Source: Planctomycetota bacterium
GTDB taxonomy: Bacteria > Planctomycetota > SZUA-567 > H5-PLA8
Direction: 5' to 3'
Assembly: GCA_038227875.1 (NCBI GenBank)
Contig: JBBRPR010000080.1
Location: forward strand, 1-35,127
Length of the DNA stretch: 35,127 bases
This document shows positions 17,084 through 25,947 of this stretch, in pieces. How positions within the stretch are numbered: position 1 is the first letter of the stretch; every line of letters begins with the position of its first letter. The translations under genes were made by a program, and so were the position numbers. The notes beneath the pieces are model-generated. The model ran no database searches, was not told where the DNA came from, and saw only the letters and a program-made list of their open reading frames with translations.

Positions 17084-18574
17084 CTACTGGTCGAACTTGA
17101 AGCCCGCTTTGGCCTGATCCTTCAGCCACTTCGTGTAGATCTGCTCGAGCTTGTCGGCCGGCATGCCGAAGGCACCGAGGATCGCTTCGTCTTCCGTTTT
17201 CCCGGCCTTGATCAAGTTGATCATCTTGGGGATCGACTGGTGGTCGAAGGACCGGTAGAGGAATTCCATCTTCGACCACGCGTACGAGTAGCCGACCAGG
17301 TCCATGCCGCCCATCGGCCGCTGGCGCGTCTCCTCCCAGGTCAGCAGATCGCCCATGCGCACCAGGCGCGCCATCGACGTGGCTCGCTCGCGGCGGTCCT
17401 TGCCGTAGGCGTTGTTGGCGGTGCCTTCCTTCTCGACCCAGAATTCCATGAACTGCGCCAGCCCCTCATGCAGCCAGCGGCTCAGCGGCACGTCTTCGCC
17501 ATTGAGCTGCAAAAAAGCATGCGTGCCTTCGTGAACGACGGTATCGCGAGCGTGGTGCTCGGCTTCCTGCTGGCTGCCGGCCTTCTGTACGTCGAACGGA
17601 ATGCAGACGTGAACTTCGCGGCCCATCGCCATGAAGTATCCGCCGGAATTTCCCGCGCCCGGCGAACCGTCAATCACGGCGGCGAATTTCTGGAACTGCT
17701 CGAACTTCTCGAAGTAATAGATCGGGCACTTGTTGTTCCAGAGCTTGTCGCCTTCCTTATGCATCAGCATGCGGCTGACGCGGTCGTAGAAAATGTGCTC
17801 GTTCCAGTCCGTGGCGATGCGCTTGTGGACGTCTTCCTTGATATTCGCAAAGCAGTAGAAATGCGCCGTCTCGATCATGCGCCACGTGCCGCCGATCTGA
17901 TCGTCGAGATCCTTCTTGCGCTTCTCGAGAAACGCCTTCATCTCGTCGGGCGACTTGGGTGGCACGACCGCGCGCTTGAACTTCGCCGCGAAGTCTTCTG
18001 AAGACTTGCCGGTGCCGCCCGAATCTTCGTCGTCCTTACCCACTTCAATGACTTTAGTGGTGGACGGATCTTTCTTGGGGTCGACCTTCTTGGAGTCATC
18101 CTTGGCGAGATCGTCCTTCTTCTCCGGTTCCTTGGCCGGTGCCGCGACGGTCTTGACGCCCAGCGCCTGATGGATTTGCTCGATCAGCGGGTCGATTTCA
18201 GCCTTGAGATTGGCATCGATGCGCAGCGCCGCCTGCAATTCGTCTTCGGCGGGCTTGTAGAGCTTCGACTTGAAGTAGTACTTCCCCATGTCGTAGTGCC
18301 AGTGGACATTGAACATGTCCGGCTTCAGTTTCGCGCACTCGGCGACGCTCTTGGGGTCGACCTTGTCCAGCGCGTAGACGACTTCCTTGCCATCGACCTT
18401 CAGTTTCACGCCGTCTTTGTCAACGCCGAGAACATCGGCCATCACCACTTTGCCTTCTTTGAGCAAAATACCGGTCTGTTCCGCGCGAGCCACTGGGCTA
18501 TGCGCGATCAGAATTAGGCCCAAGGCCGGTAGCAAAGAAGTGATTCGCTTATTGTGCAAATAAGAAGCCTTCAA
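17084..18574 (-). CDS. Secreted TPR and HExxH metallopeptidase-like protein (peptidase MA / DUF1570-like)
   Basis: TTG start after GGAGGA; signal peptide ending ARA; TPR-like WHYDMGKYYF...AEDELQAALRIDAN; K/D-rich linker; ETAHF, VVHEGTHAF, WLHEGLAQFME, YSYAWS. Confidence 0.75.
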   Translation of the reverse strand: MKASYLHNKRITSLLPALGLILIAHSPVARAEQTGILLKEGKVVMADVLGVDKDGVKLKVDGKEVVYALDKVDPKSVAECAKLKPDMFNVHWHYDMGKYYFKSKLYKPAEDELQAALRIDANLKAEIDPLIEQIHQALGVKTVAAPAKEPEKKDDLAKDDSKKVDPKKDPSTTKVIEVGKDDEDSGGTGKSSEDFAAKFKRAVVPPKSPDEMKAFLEKRKKDLDDQIGGTWRMIETAHFYCFANIKEDVHKRIATDWNEHIFYDRVSRMLMHKEGDKLWNNKCPIYYFEKFEQFQKFAAVIDGSPGAGNSGGYFMAMGREVHVCIPFDVQKAGSQQEAEHHARDTVVHEGTHAFLQLNGEDVPLSRWLHEGLAQFMEFWVEKEGTANNAYGKDRRERATSMARLVRMGDLLTWEETRQRPMGGMDLVGYSYAWSKMEFLYRSFDHQSIPKMINLIKAGKTEDEAILGAFGMPADKLEQIYTKWLKDQAKAGFKFDQ

Positions 18575-18672
18575 GAGCGCTCCTCCATATATAGGTTGTC
18601 ACTGACCCAGCAACTGTATACCCTTAGACCCCGCGGTCAACGATTCCGTACGGGTATTCTGGAGAATTCGTA

Positions 18673-19584
18673 GTGCCATCCAAGCCCAACGCACAAGGGC
18701 AGGCTGGCGCAGAACATGCGCTGGTTAACTATTTCCTCCAACACATGGCTGTGAGCACCCATGTTTGCAGTTTCCAGAAGCACGACCATGGTTACACCTT
18801 AGTTAGTCGCACCGTCCCCGACTACAATTACATCTTTGTTACGCGCGGCACGGTCGTTTGGGTGGTTGAAGGCGAAGAATTTCCGCTCGGACCCGGCGAC
18901 CTCGTCATCGTTCCGCCCGGAATTGAGCACCATGCGTACTCGCTCAAACGCCGTATCACGCTGATTTCGATCCACGTCACCGCCACGCTTCCCGGTGGCC
19001 AGGATGCCTTCTCTCTCCTCTGCCCGCCGCGTTTTCAGCACGTTCCGTCCCGCTCGCCGTTGGACCGTTATCTTCGCGGCGCGGAAGCGGAGTACCGCCG
19101 GCCCGCGGCCGAAGCCGCTCACATGCAACAATTCTGGGCGCAACTTGTCACCCATGAAGTTTTCCGCAGCAACGCCAGACTCGGCCTGTTGCGTTACCGC
19201 AGCGCCGACCCGCTGATCGCCGGAATGCTCGAAGACCTCGAACGCCGCATCGCCGAGCCGGTGACGCTGGAGGCGCTCGCGAAGCGCTCCGGATTTTCCG
19301 CGCAGCATCTCAATCGTACTTTTCAGCGCGTGCTCGGCGTTACGCCGCTGAAATACCTGGCGCGCCTGCGCCTGCAGCGCGCCGCCGAACTGCTGCGCGA
19401 CGGCCGGCTCACCGTCGCGGCCGTCGGCGCGCGCGTGGGTTTTGACGATCCGTATTACTTCAGCCGCCAGTTCAGTGCTCTTTTTCAGATCAGTCCTTCC
19501 GAGTACGCTGAGCGGGCAGGTTCAGAATCTCCATCCCGGCGTTCAGCCGCTCCATTCCCTGTTTCCCGCTCCCGCGGTAAATAG
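18673..19584 (+). CDS. AraC-family transcriptional regulator with cupin domain
   Basis: Cupin FVTRGTVVWVVEG...PGDLVIVPPGIEH; HTH VTLEALAKRSGFS...VGFDDPYYFSRQF. Start codon is uncertain. Confidence 0.92.
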   Translation: MPSKPNAQGQAGAEHALVNYFLQHMAVSTHVCSFQKHDHGYTLVSRTVPDYNYIFVTRGTVVWVVEGEEFPLGPGDLVIVPPGIEHHAYSLKRRITLISIHVTATLPGGQDAFSLLCPPRFQHVPSRSPLDRYLRGAEAEYRRPAAEAAHMQQFWAQLVTHEVFRSNARLGLLRYRSADPLIAGMLEDLERRIAEPVTLEALAKRSGFSAQHLNRTFQRVLGVTPLKYLARLRLQRAAELLRDGRLTVAAVGARVGFDDPYYFSRQFSALFQISPSEYAERAGSESPSRRSAAPFPVSRSRGK

Positions 19585-19634
19585 AGACCGTCGAACGAAC
19601 GCGGTTTCTTACGGCATTCAAAGGAGCGCATGCA

Positions 19635-20477
19635 ATGAATTCCATTCTGACCAACGAACAGTGGTGGCAGTATCACGAGCAGGGCTACCTGCATCTCGGG
19701 AAACTGCTCGACGACGCGCAGCTCAAGCAGCTGCAGCAGCGCATCGACGACATCATGCTCGGCAAGGTCACCTATGATAAAATGTTCATGCAGCTCGACG
19801 CCGGTGGCGCGTACGAAAATCTGAACTTCCAGGAGACCGGCTACAAAGGACCGCGCCTGGATTACCGCAAGATCGAAGACCTCGAACGCGATCCGCTGTT
19901 CCTGTCGTTCATGCAGCGGCCGATCTTCCGCGAAATCTGCGACTACCATTACGGCGCGCATGCTGCCGTCTCCGTCTTCCGCTCGATGTTCATGAACAAG
20001 CCCGCACAGAAAGGCACACTCCTCCCCTGGCATCAGGACGGCGGCGACGGCTGGGGCCTCGATCGCGATCCGCTGGCGACGCTCTGGACGGCGCTCGATC
20101 CCGCGACCATCGCCAACGGCTGCGTGCAGGTGATTCCCGGCAGCCACAAGCTGGGTCTGCTGAGCAAACGCGGACACACGCTCTCGCCCGCCCACGTCGA
20201 ACAGTACTGCCCTGAGAACAAGATCGTTTATCTCGAGTTGAAGCCCGGCGAAGCCGTGTTGCTCCACAATTGGCTGGTCCACCGCAGCGACGTGAACAAG
20301 ACCGACATCCCGCGCCGCGCCTTCAGCGTATGCTACATGGACGCCCGTACCCGCGGCACCAAAGACGGCCGCTCGTACCCCGTCATCTTCGGCGAACCGC
20401 GGCAGAGCCGCGAGGGGTCAGGGGTCAGGGGCCAGGGGTCAGAGGTGGGCGCGCGTGCAGTGGCCACAGTGTCCTAA
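19635..20477 (+). CDS. Phytanoyl-CoA dioxygenase (PhyH) family Fe(II)/2-oxoglutarate oxygenase
   Basis: YHEQGYL, PWHQD, WTALD.AT..NGC..VIPGSH, HNWLVHRS..N...PRRA; RBS AAGGAG. The last ~25 residues are encoded by the repeat element. Confidence 0.92.
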   Translation: MNSILTNEQWWQYHEQGYLHLGKLLDDAQLKQLQQRIDDIMLGKVTYDKMFMQLDAGGAYENLNFQETGYKGPRLDYRKIEDLERDPLFLSFMQRPIFREICDYHYGAHAAVSVFRSMFMNKPAQKGTLLPWHQDGGDGWGLDRDPLATLWTALDPATIANGCVQVIPGSHKLGLLSKRGHTLSPAHVEQYCPENKIVYLELKPGEAVLLHNWLVHRSDVNKTDIPRRAFSVCYMDARTRGTKDGRSYPVIFGEPRQSREGSGVRGQGSEVGARAVATVS

Positions 20478-20776
20478 GCGCGGTCGTTGTCATTGTGCCA
20501 CGGATGCGCGGCCACTTGAGCGTAGCGAAAGTGGCCGTTCATCCGTGCGTTGCGTAAAGCATTCATGAACGCGCGTTGGCAGTTCGAACGCGTCACGCAC
20601 GGATGAACGACTTTCTTCGCTACGCTCAGAAATTCGCGCATCCGTGGCACCATGTCCGCAGCCTCCTGCCTTCTGCTTTCTTCCCCCCAAATGCAAACCC
20701 ACACCCACTCCCCCCGTGCCCGCCCTCTACTCTGACCCCTGGCACCTGACCCCTAACCCCTCGCGGCTATGCCGCG
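20398..20776. repeat. Nested inverted-repeat element (REP/MITE-like), 379 bp
   Basis: Outer 47-bp inverted repeats at 20398-20444 and 20730-20776 (44/47 identical); inner 56-bp inverted units at 20495-20550 and 20595-20650. Confidence 0.9.
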
Positions 20777-20840
20777 CTCGCCGCTGGACCGCAGAGAGCC
20801 ATCGTGTAGTCTCTTCCGGACACTCAACTCGGATGATCGA

Positions 20841-22205
20841 ATGACGCGCTCCAGTGGTATTCTGCTTCACATCGTTTCGCTTCCCGGTGGGCATGGCATC
20901 GGGGATCTCGGCAAACCGGCGTACGAATGGGTCGACTTTCTTGTTGCCGGCAAGCAGAGGTATTGGCAGATCCTCCCCACGGGACCGACGGGGTTTGGGA
21001 ACTCGCCGTACTCCTCCTGCTCGGCGTTCGCGGGCAATCCGCTGCTGATCAGTCTGGATGAATTGGCCAGCCAGGAACTGCTCCGCCACGACGAGCTCGA
21101 GCGCTGGCACGACACGCATCCGCATTGGGTCAACTTCGATCAGGTTCAGAAATTCAAGCGCCAGCATCTGCTCAAGGCCTTCGTTCATTTCAAAGACCGC
21201 AAAGACTTGCGCGCGGCGTACGCGCAATTTCTCGAGAGTAGTCCGTGGCTGGAAACGTTCGCGAAGTATCTTGCGCCGAAGGAAGATTGCGATCCGGATT
21301 TCATCCGATTCACGCAGTTCATCTTTGCCGGGCAGATGCAGCGGCTGAAGGCGCACGCGAATCAGAAGGGGATCAAGCTGATCGGCGATCTGCCGATGTA
21401 CGTCGCCGAAGACAGCGCCGACAAACTCGACCGGCCGGAATTGTTCGAACTCGACACCGGCTACACAGCCGGCACACCGCCCAACCGCGAGAACAAGAAG
21501 GGCCAGCGCTGGGGAAATCCGCTCTTCCGCTGGGAGGCGCACAAGGACGAAGGCTACCGCTGGTGGCTCAACCGTGTCCGCGCGCAACTGCAGCAAGTCG
21601 ACGTGGTGCGGCTGGATTACTTCAACGGCTATGTGAAGTACTGGGCGTTCAGCAAGAATTCGGGCCGCTGGCGGCGCGGGCCGGGCGCGGATTTGTTCCA
21701 CATCGCGAAGCAGGAGCTTGGCGGCATGCCGTTTGTCGCCGAAGACCTGGGCGAGTTGACCAAGGAGATCCATCACCTCCGCGACAGCTTCTCGATTCCC
21801 AGCACCAAGGTGCTGCAGTTTGGTTTCGATGGCCTGGCCGGCAACCCATACCATCCGGAGAAGTTTACGGACAACGCGGTGGTCTACACGTCGACGCACG
21901 ACACGGATACCTGCAAGGGTTGGTGGCGGACGGCGCCGGACTACGTGAAGGAAAACTGCCGCCGCGCGATCAAGGCCGACGGCCGCGACATCTCGTGGGA
22001 CATGATCAAGCTCGCCGCACACAGCAAGGCAAAGCTGCTGGTGTTGCTCTATCAGGATGTCTTGTGTCTGGGGAGCGACGCGCGCTTCAATACACCGGGC
22101 GCAGTCTCGAGCGCCAACTGGTCCTGGCGCGCACAACCGACGCAGATCACGCCGAAAATCGCGGAGTCGCTGGCGTGGTTGGCGAAGGCGAGCAATCGGT
22201 TGTGA
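20841..22205 (+). CDS. malQ: 4-alpha-glucanotransferase (amylomaltase, GH77)
   Basis: RSSGILLHIVSLP..GIGDLG, WQILPTGPT, SPYSSCSAFAGN, IGDLPMYV, GQRWGNPL, RLDYF, AEDLG, YTSTHD, RFNTPG, NWSWR. Confidence 0.93.
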   Translation: MTRSSGILLHIVSLPGGHGIGDLGKPAYEWVDFLVAGKQRYWQILPTGPTGFGNSPYSSCSAFAGNPLLISLDELASQELLRHDELERWHDTHPHWVNFDQVQKFKRQHLLKAFVHFKDRKDLRAAYAQFLESSPWLETFAKYLAPKEDCDPDFIRFTQFIFAGQMQRLKAHANQKGIKLIGDLPMYVAEDSADKLDRPELFELDTGYTAGTPPNRENKKGQRWGNPLFRWEAHKDEGYRWWLNRVRAQLQQVDVVRLDYFNGYVKYWAFSKNSGRWRRGPGADLFHIAKQELGGMPFVAEDLGELTKEIHHLRDSFSIPSTKVLQFGFDGLAGNPYHPEKFTDNAVVYTSTHDTDTCKGWWRTAPDYVKENCRRAIKADGRDISWDMIKLAAHSKAKLLVLLYQDVLCLGSDARFNTPGAVSSANWSWRAQPTQITPKIAESLAWLAKASNRL

Positions 22206-22215
22206 GTGGCGGGAA

Positions 22216-22836
22216 TCAGCAGCAAATGAAGATGAGGTCCTGCTTCGCTTCGCGAGCATGTTTGAGCCAGTTATAGATTGAGATCAAACACAGTGCGACA
22301 GGCTTGTCAATGCCCATGATGTCGAATGGCTCAAGCCGCTCCAGGATCCACATCACATTCTCATATTCGACATACCCGATGCCCCGGTCGCCAGCCTCAT
22401 CACCCGGACTAAATCCCAGTGGATTGACGCTGGGTTCAACTTCGATGATGCCGTAGTAACGGATTTTTTCGGCTACACCTTTTTTCAGGAGCACTAAATC
22501 GAGTTTGCCGGTGACGGAGTCTGACGGAAGTGATTCAAAACCTTGCGCATCGAGTAATGTGCCAAATTGCTCACAGAGACTCTTTGACATCCAATAATAT
22601 TGCTGAGCTAACCCTGTGTTTGAGACGTCGATATTCCCCTCTATATAGTTCCGTAGTGCCTGGCGGATAGTGATTCCATCTTCATGTTGATCGTGCGGTT
22701 CCAACCCCCTTTCGTCTTCATTCAGGGCATCGACAAGCGCTGCTTCATACCGCGACAAAATTTGGGCATCACCCGATCCACGTGAATCTCGCAGTGGTTG
22801 CAGGTTAATTGCGAAGACCTCCAGCCCAACGCTCAT
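22216..22836 (-). CDS. Hypothetical protein (206 aa), AT-richer than its neighbours
   Basis: Clean ORF with RBS AAGGA filling the gap; codon usage differs from flanking genes; no function recognised. Confidence 0.7.
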   Translation of the reverse strand: MSVGLEVFAINLQPLRDSRGSGDAQILSRYEAALVDALNEDERGLEPHDQHEDGITIRQALRNYIEGNIDVSNTGLAQQYYWMSKSLCEQFGTLLDAQGFESLPSDSVTGKLDLVLLKKGVAEKIRYYGIIEVEPSVNPLGFSPGDEAGDRGIGYVEYENVMWILERLEPFDIMGIDKPVALCLISIYNWLKHAREAKQDLIFICC

Positions 22837-22899
22837 TTGATTCCTTAAAGAATTCGCTCGGCGACTCGGAGCAACCCATTGGTACTATGGTGAATTTTA

Positions 22900-22976
22900 A
22901 CCACCTGGCAAATTTGCCAGGTGGTAGATACGACAAGAAGTGCCTTGTGCCAATTGGCACAAGGCACTTTCTTGTC
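22900..22976. repeat. Two adjacent perfect palindromes, probably terminator or REP-like
   Basis: ACCACCTGGCAAA|TTTGCCAGGTGGT (22900-22925) and AAGTGCCTTGTGCCAA|TTGGCACAAGGCACTT (22938-22969, extended by GACAAG/CTTGTC), directly after the anti-sigma stop. Confidence 0.85.
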
Positions 22977-22987
22977 AAATTGAGGCG

Positions 22988-24877
22988 TTACTTCGTTGCT
23001 GCGCGGTCGATTTCCCGCTGGATCTGTCCGAGGACCGGGCTGTTCTCGTCGAGCGGGAAGAGGACTTTGAAATCCTGCTCGACCAGCTTGGCCTTGTCGA
23101 CCTGACCGGCGCCGACGTATTCGTGAGCCAGGCCCATCAGCGCGGCCTGCTTCAGACCTTCGCCGAGCTTGCGGATCGGATCGGAGCAGCCGGCCAGCGA
23201 CGTCGAGAGAATGTCGTCGTACGCGGCGATCGCTTTTTCGCGCTGTCCGGCGAGGCCATACGCGGCAGCCTGACCGTAGCGGGCGGCGAGCGCTTCGATG
23301 TGGCGACCCAGCTGCGTGTGGAGCGCTTCGAATTCATCGGCGGCTTCGCCGGCGCGGCGGGCGTCGCCGGTGCGGGCCTGCCAGTAGAGCGCCACAGCGT
23401 GGTTGAACGCGGCCAACAGAGCGGACTGGTCGGCGGCGGTCAGGTTGGAGAGCACCGAGCCGGGCGTGTTCATCGACTGTGCCCAGGTCGAGGGCTTCTG
23501 CGTGTTGTCGTCGGCGCTGGTGCGCAGCGCTTCTTCGAAGGCCACCGTGGCGGCTTCGAACGCGGAGGTCGCGGCGGCATTGCGTTCGCCGTTCTGATCC
23601 AGAGCCAGCAGCACCTGACCGCGGGCGGCATGCGCCAGACCTTCGAGCATGCGGCCGTAAGGGCGGCGGGCGTCGTCGACCGAGAGCATTTCTGAAGCGC
23701 GGCGCAGTTCGGCCTGAGCCGACGCGAGCTTGACCACGCGTTCGGTTGGCGAGTTGGTGTCGAGCGCCGTCTGCAGGCCCTTCAAGGCTTCCGGCAGCGC
23801 GTCGGGAACTTTGACGTCCATCTTCAGGCGCTTGCCGAGGTCCATGAAATCCGGCGTCTGGAGCAGTCCCACAATCGGGCGGTCCTGCGGGCCGGTGTCC
23901 TGCGTGTTCCAGCAATTCTGATCGTCGCGCGCCGTCTGCGCATGGGTGTTGGCCAGGTCGAGCTTCTGCGTGACCGCGGCCTGAGCACTGAAGAGCGCGC
24001 GGTCGCCGGCGTTGAGCGTCGTGCCGGTCGGAGTCTTCTCGTTGGCGAAGCTGACCGAGCCGCGGAAGACAGTGACGATCGCGGGAACCGGCGGCTTTTC
24101 AGCCGACGTCGAATGCGCCTGCGGAGGCAGCGTCGCCAGCAGGTCCGGCCACGTGATCTTCGATTCCTGCGGAAGCCACACTTCGACCCAGGCTCCGGCG
24201 GGAATCGTGACGCTGCCCTGCGGCAGGTAGATGACAGTGGTGTGGCGCGAGCCGCGGGCGTTGACGCCCAGTCGGCCGCTCTGCATGTGGAATTCCGGCG
24301 CGTTGCCGCCCTTGTCCACGACCACGCGGGAAAATTCGTCGACATCCAGCAGCGCGTCGCTGGTCAGATGGAGGCGCACGAACTGACCCTGCGTGGCGAT
24401 GATCGCGTCGCCTTCGTAAATGCGGCTGTCGTGGGTCAGCGCGCGGCGTTCGCCGCTGCGGGTGATCAGACTGGCGACCGTGCCGGATTCCGACAGACCC
24501 GCGGCATCGCGCGGACGGATGAGGAAGAAGCAGAGCGCCACGGCGGCGGCGAGGCCGAAGCCGATGGAGATCTGGCGGCGCCACTTGCGGTTGCGGATGA
24601 CCTGCTGGCGTTTGCGTTCTTCGGAGTAAAGCGTGAAGAGCACTTTGTCGGCGATGCGGTGCGCGGGTTCGACGCGGGGTTCGAAGGCTTCGCGGATCAG
24701 AGTCTGTTCTTCGCGGAGCGCGTCCAGCGTGCGGCGGGCCGTGGCATTGACGCGGAGGAGTTCATCGACGGTGCTGCGTTCCTTGGAATCCAGGCGGCCT
24801 TCCAGGTAGCGGTGCAGAACCAGTTCATCGAGCGGTTCGGCACTGCCGAGCTTTATATTCTGGTTGCTGTCACTCAT
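22988..24877 (-). CDS. Transmembrane anti-sigma factor with FecR-like domain and C-terminal TPR-like helices
   Basis: N-terminal LHRYLEGRL...; TM GFGLAAAVALCFFLI; FecR-like IYEGDAI...LDVDEFSRV...MQSGRL...VTVFRGSV...LNAGD; helical C-terminus; directly downstream of an ECF sigma. Confidence 0.75.
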   Translation of the reverse strand: MSDSNQNIKLGSAEPLDELVLHRYLEGRLDSKERSTVDELLRVNATARRTLDALREEQTLIREAFEPRVEPAHRIADKVLFTLYSEERKRQQVIRNRKWRRQISIGFGLAAAVALCFFLIRPRDAAGLSESGTVASLITRSGERRALTHDSRIYEGDAIIATQGQFVRLHLTSDALLDVDEFSRVVVDKGGNAPEFHMQSGRLGVNARGSRHTTVIYLPQGSVTIPAGAWVEVWLPQESKITWPDLLATLPPQAHSTSAEKPPVPAIVTVFRGSVSFANEKTPTGTTLNAGDRALFSAQAAVTQKLDLANTHAQTARDDQNCWNTQDTGPQDRPIVGLLQTPDFMDLGKRLKMDVKVPDALPEALKGLQTALDTNSPTERVVKLASAQAELRRASEMLSVDDARRPYGRMLEGLAHAARGQVLLALDQNGERNAAATSAFEAATVAFEEALRTSADDNTQKPSTWAQSMNTPGSVLSNLTAADQSALLAAFNHAVALYWQARTGDARRAGEAADEFEALHTQLGRHIEALAARYGQAAAYGLAGQREKAIAAYDDILSTSLAGCSDPIRKLGEGLKQAALMGLAHEYVGAGQVDKAKLVEQDFKVLFPLDENSPVLGQIQREIDRAATK

Positions 24878-24937
24878 AACACACCCGTCGTTTCTTTCGC
24901 GTTTGGTATGGTCGTTTTACTTCTGTACACATTTCCT

Positions 24938-25516
24938 TCAGCGTTGTCTTTTTTCCAGCTTCTCGCGCAGCATGGCTTTGGCGCGGAAGATTCTTGTTTC
25001 CACCGTCGAGACCGGAACTTCCAGAATCTCGGCGATCTTTTCGTAACTCAACTCTTCCTGGTACCGCAAAATCAATACCTCGCGGTATTTTTCGTCCAGC
25101 TCACCGATGGTTTCGCGTACCTGAGTCGACTGCACGCGGTGCTCGTAAACCTCTTCGGGGCGCGGCGTCTTGACGTCTGCTGCGCGGTCCATTTCCTCGT
25201 CGTCGGCGTAGCGCGGTTTCTTCTTCCGCAGCAGGTCGATCGACAAGTTATGCGCGATGCGGTAACACCACTTGACGTAACCGCCGGGAACATCCGGATC
25301 GACCTGATTCCACGTCCGGTATGCCTGCAGGAGCGCATCCTGCGTGATGTCCTCCGCGTCTTCACGGCTCCCGACCAGCCGCAGCACCGCGGTAAAGATG
25401 CTGGTCTGATGCTCGCGTACAAACTGCGCGTACTGGCGCAGGTTGGATTCGCGAGGGTCGTCACCGTGATCGTCGTTTGGCAAAATGCTCAATCCGCTCT
25501 CAAAGCTGATCGGCAT
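24938..25516 (-). CDS. ECF sigma-70 factor (RpoE/SigW-like)
   Basis: DAEDITQDALLQAY, WCYRIAHNLSIDLLRK, REVLILRYQEELSYEKIAEILEVPVSTVETRIFRA. Confidence 0.93.
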   Translation of the reverse strand: MPISFESGLSILPNDDHGDDPRESNLRQYAQFVREHQTSIFTAVLRLVGSREDAEDITQDALLQAYRTWNQVDPDVPGGYVKWCYRIAHNLSIDLLRKKKPRYADDEEMDRAADVKTPRPEEVYEHRVQSTQVRETIGELDEKYREVLILRYQEELSYEKIAEILEVPVSTVETRIFRAKAMLREKLEKRQR

Positions 25517-25947
25517 TCATCACTCCCTTACCAATCAGTTAACGTGTAGCTGAAATTAAACTTGCATCACCCGTGCGTAAATTTTTACACCGAGTGTAAC
25601 TGGTTCTCCTGTAGTCGTTTATGACTACGAAATTCGGTTTTATTTTAGGATGCACAGGGTGCGAAGCACCCCGCTTGTCAGGCTCCAGGCTCTCAGGCCA
25701 GCGCGTTTACAGCTCGTTTTACGCGTTCCGGTAGTGAGCACAGATATAGGGCGATTTCCGGCAATAGCAACCTGCGGAAATGGGCGCCGCTACTGTATTG
25801 CCGTTGCAGGGGCGCGGTTTGATGGAGAATTCTTGGGGTTTTTAAATCTCGCGCAAAGACGAAAAGAACGGCAGTGAATTGGACAGAACTGGTGCAGTGT
25901 GATTTATTGCGTGGACTCACGGCTCCCTTCTCGCTTGGAATTGACGG

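Noticed and set aside
20398..20776. Possible CRISPR array
   Set aside because: Repeats are inverted, with only two copies of each unit, no spacer series and no cas genes.
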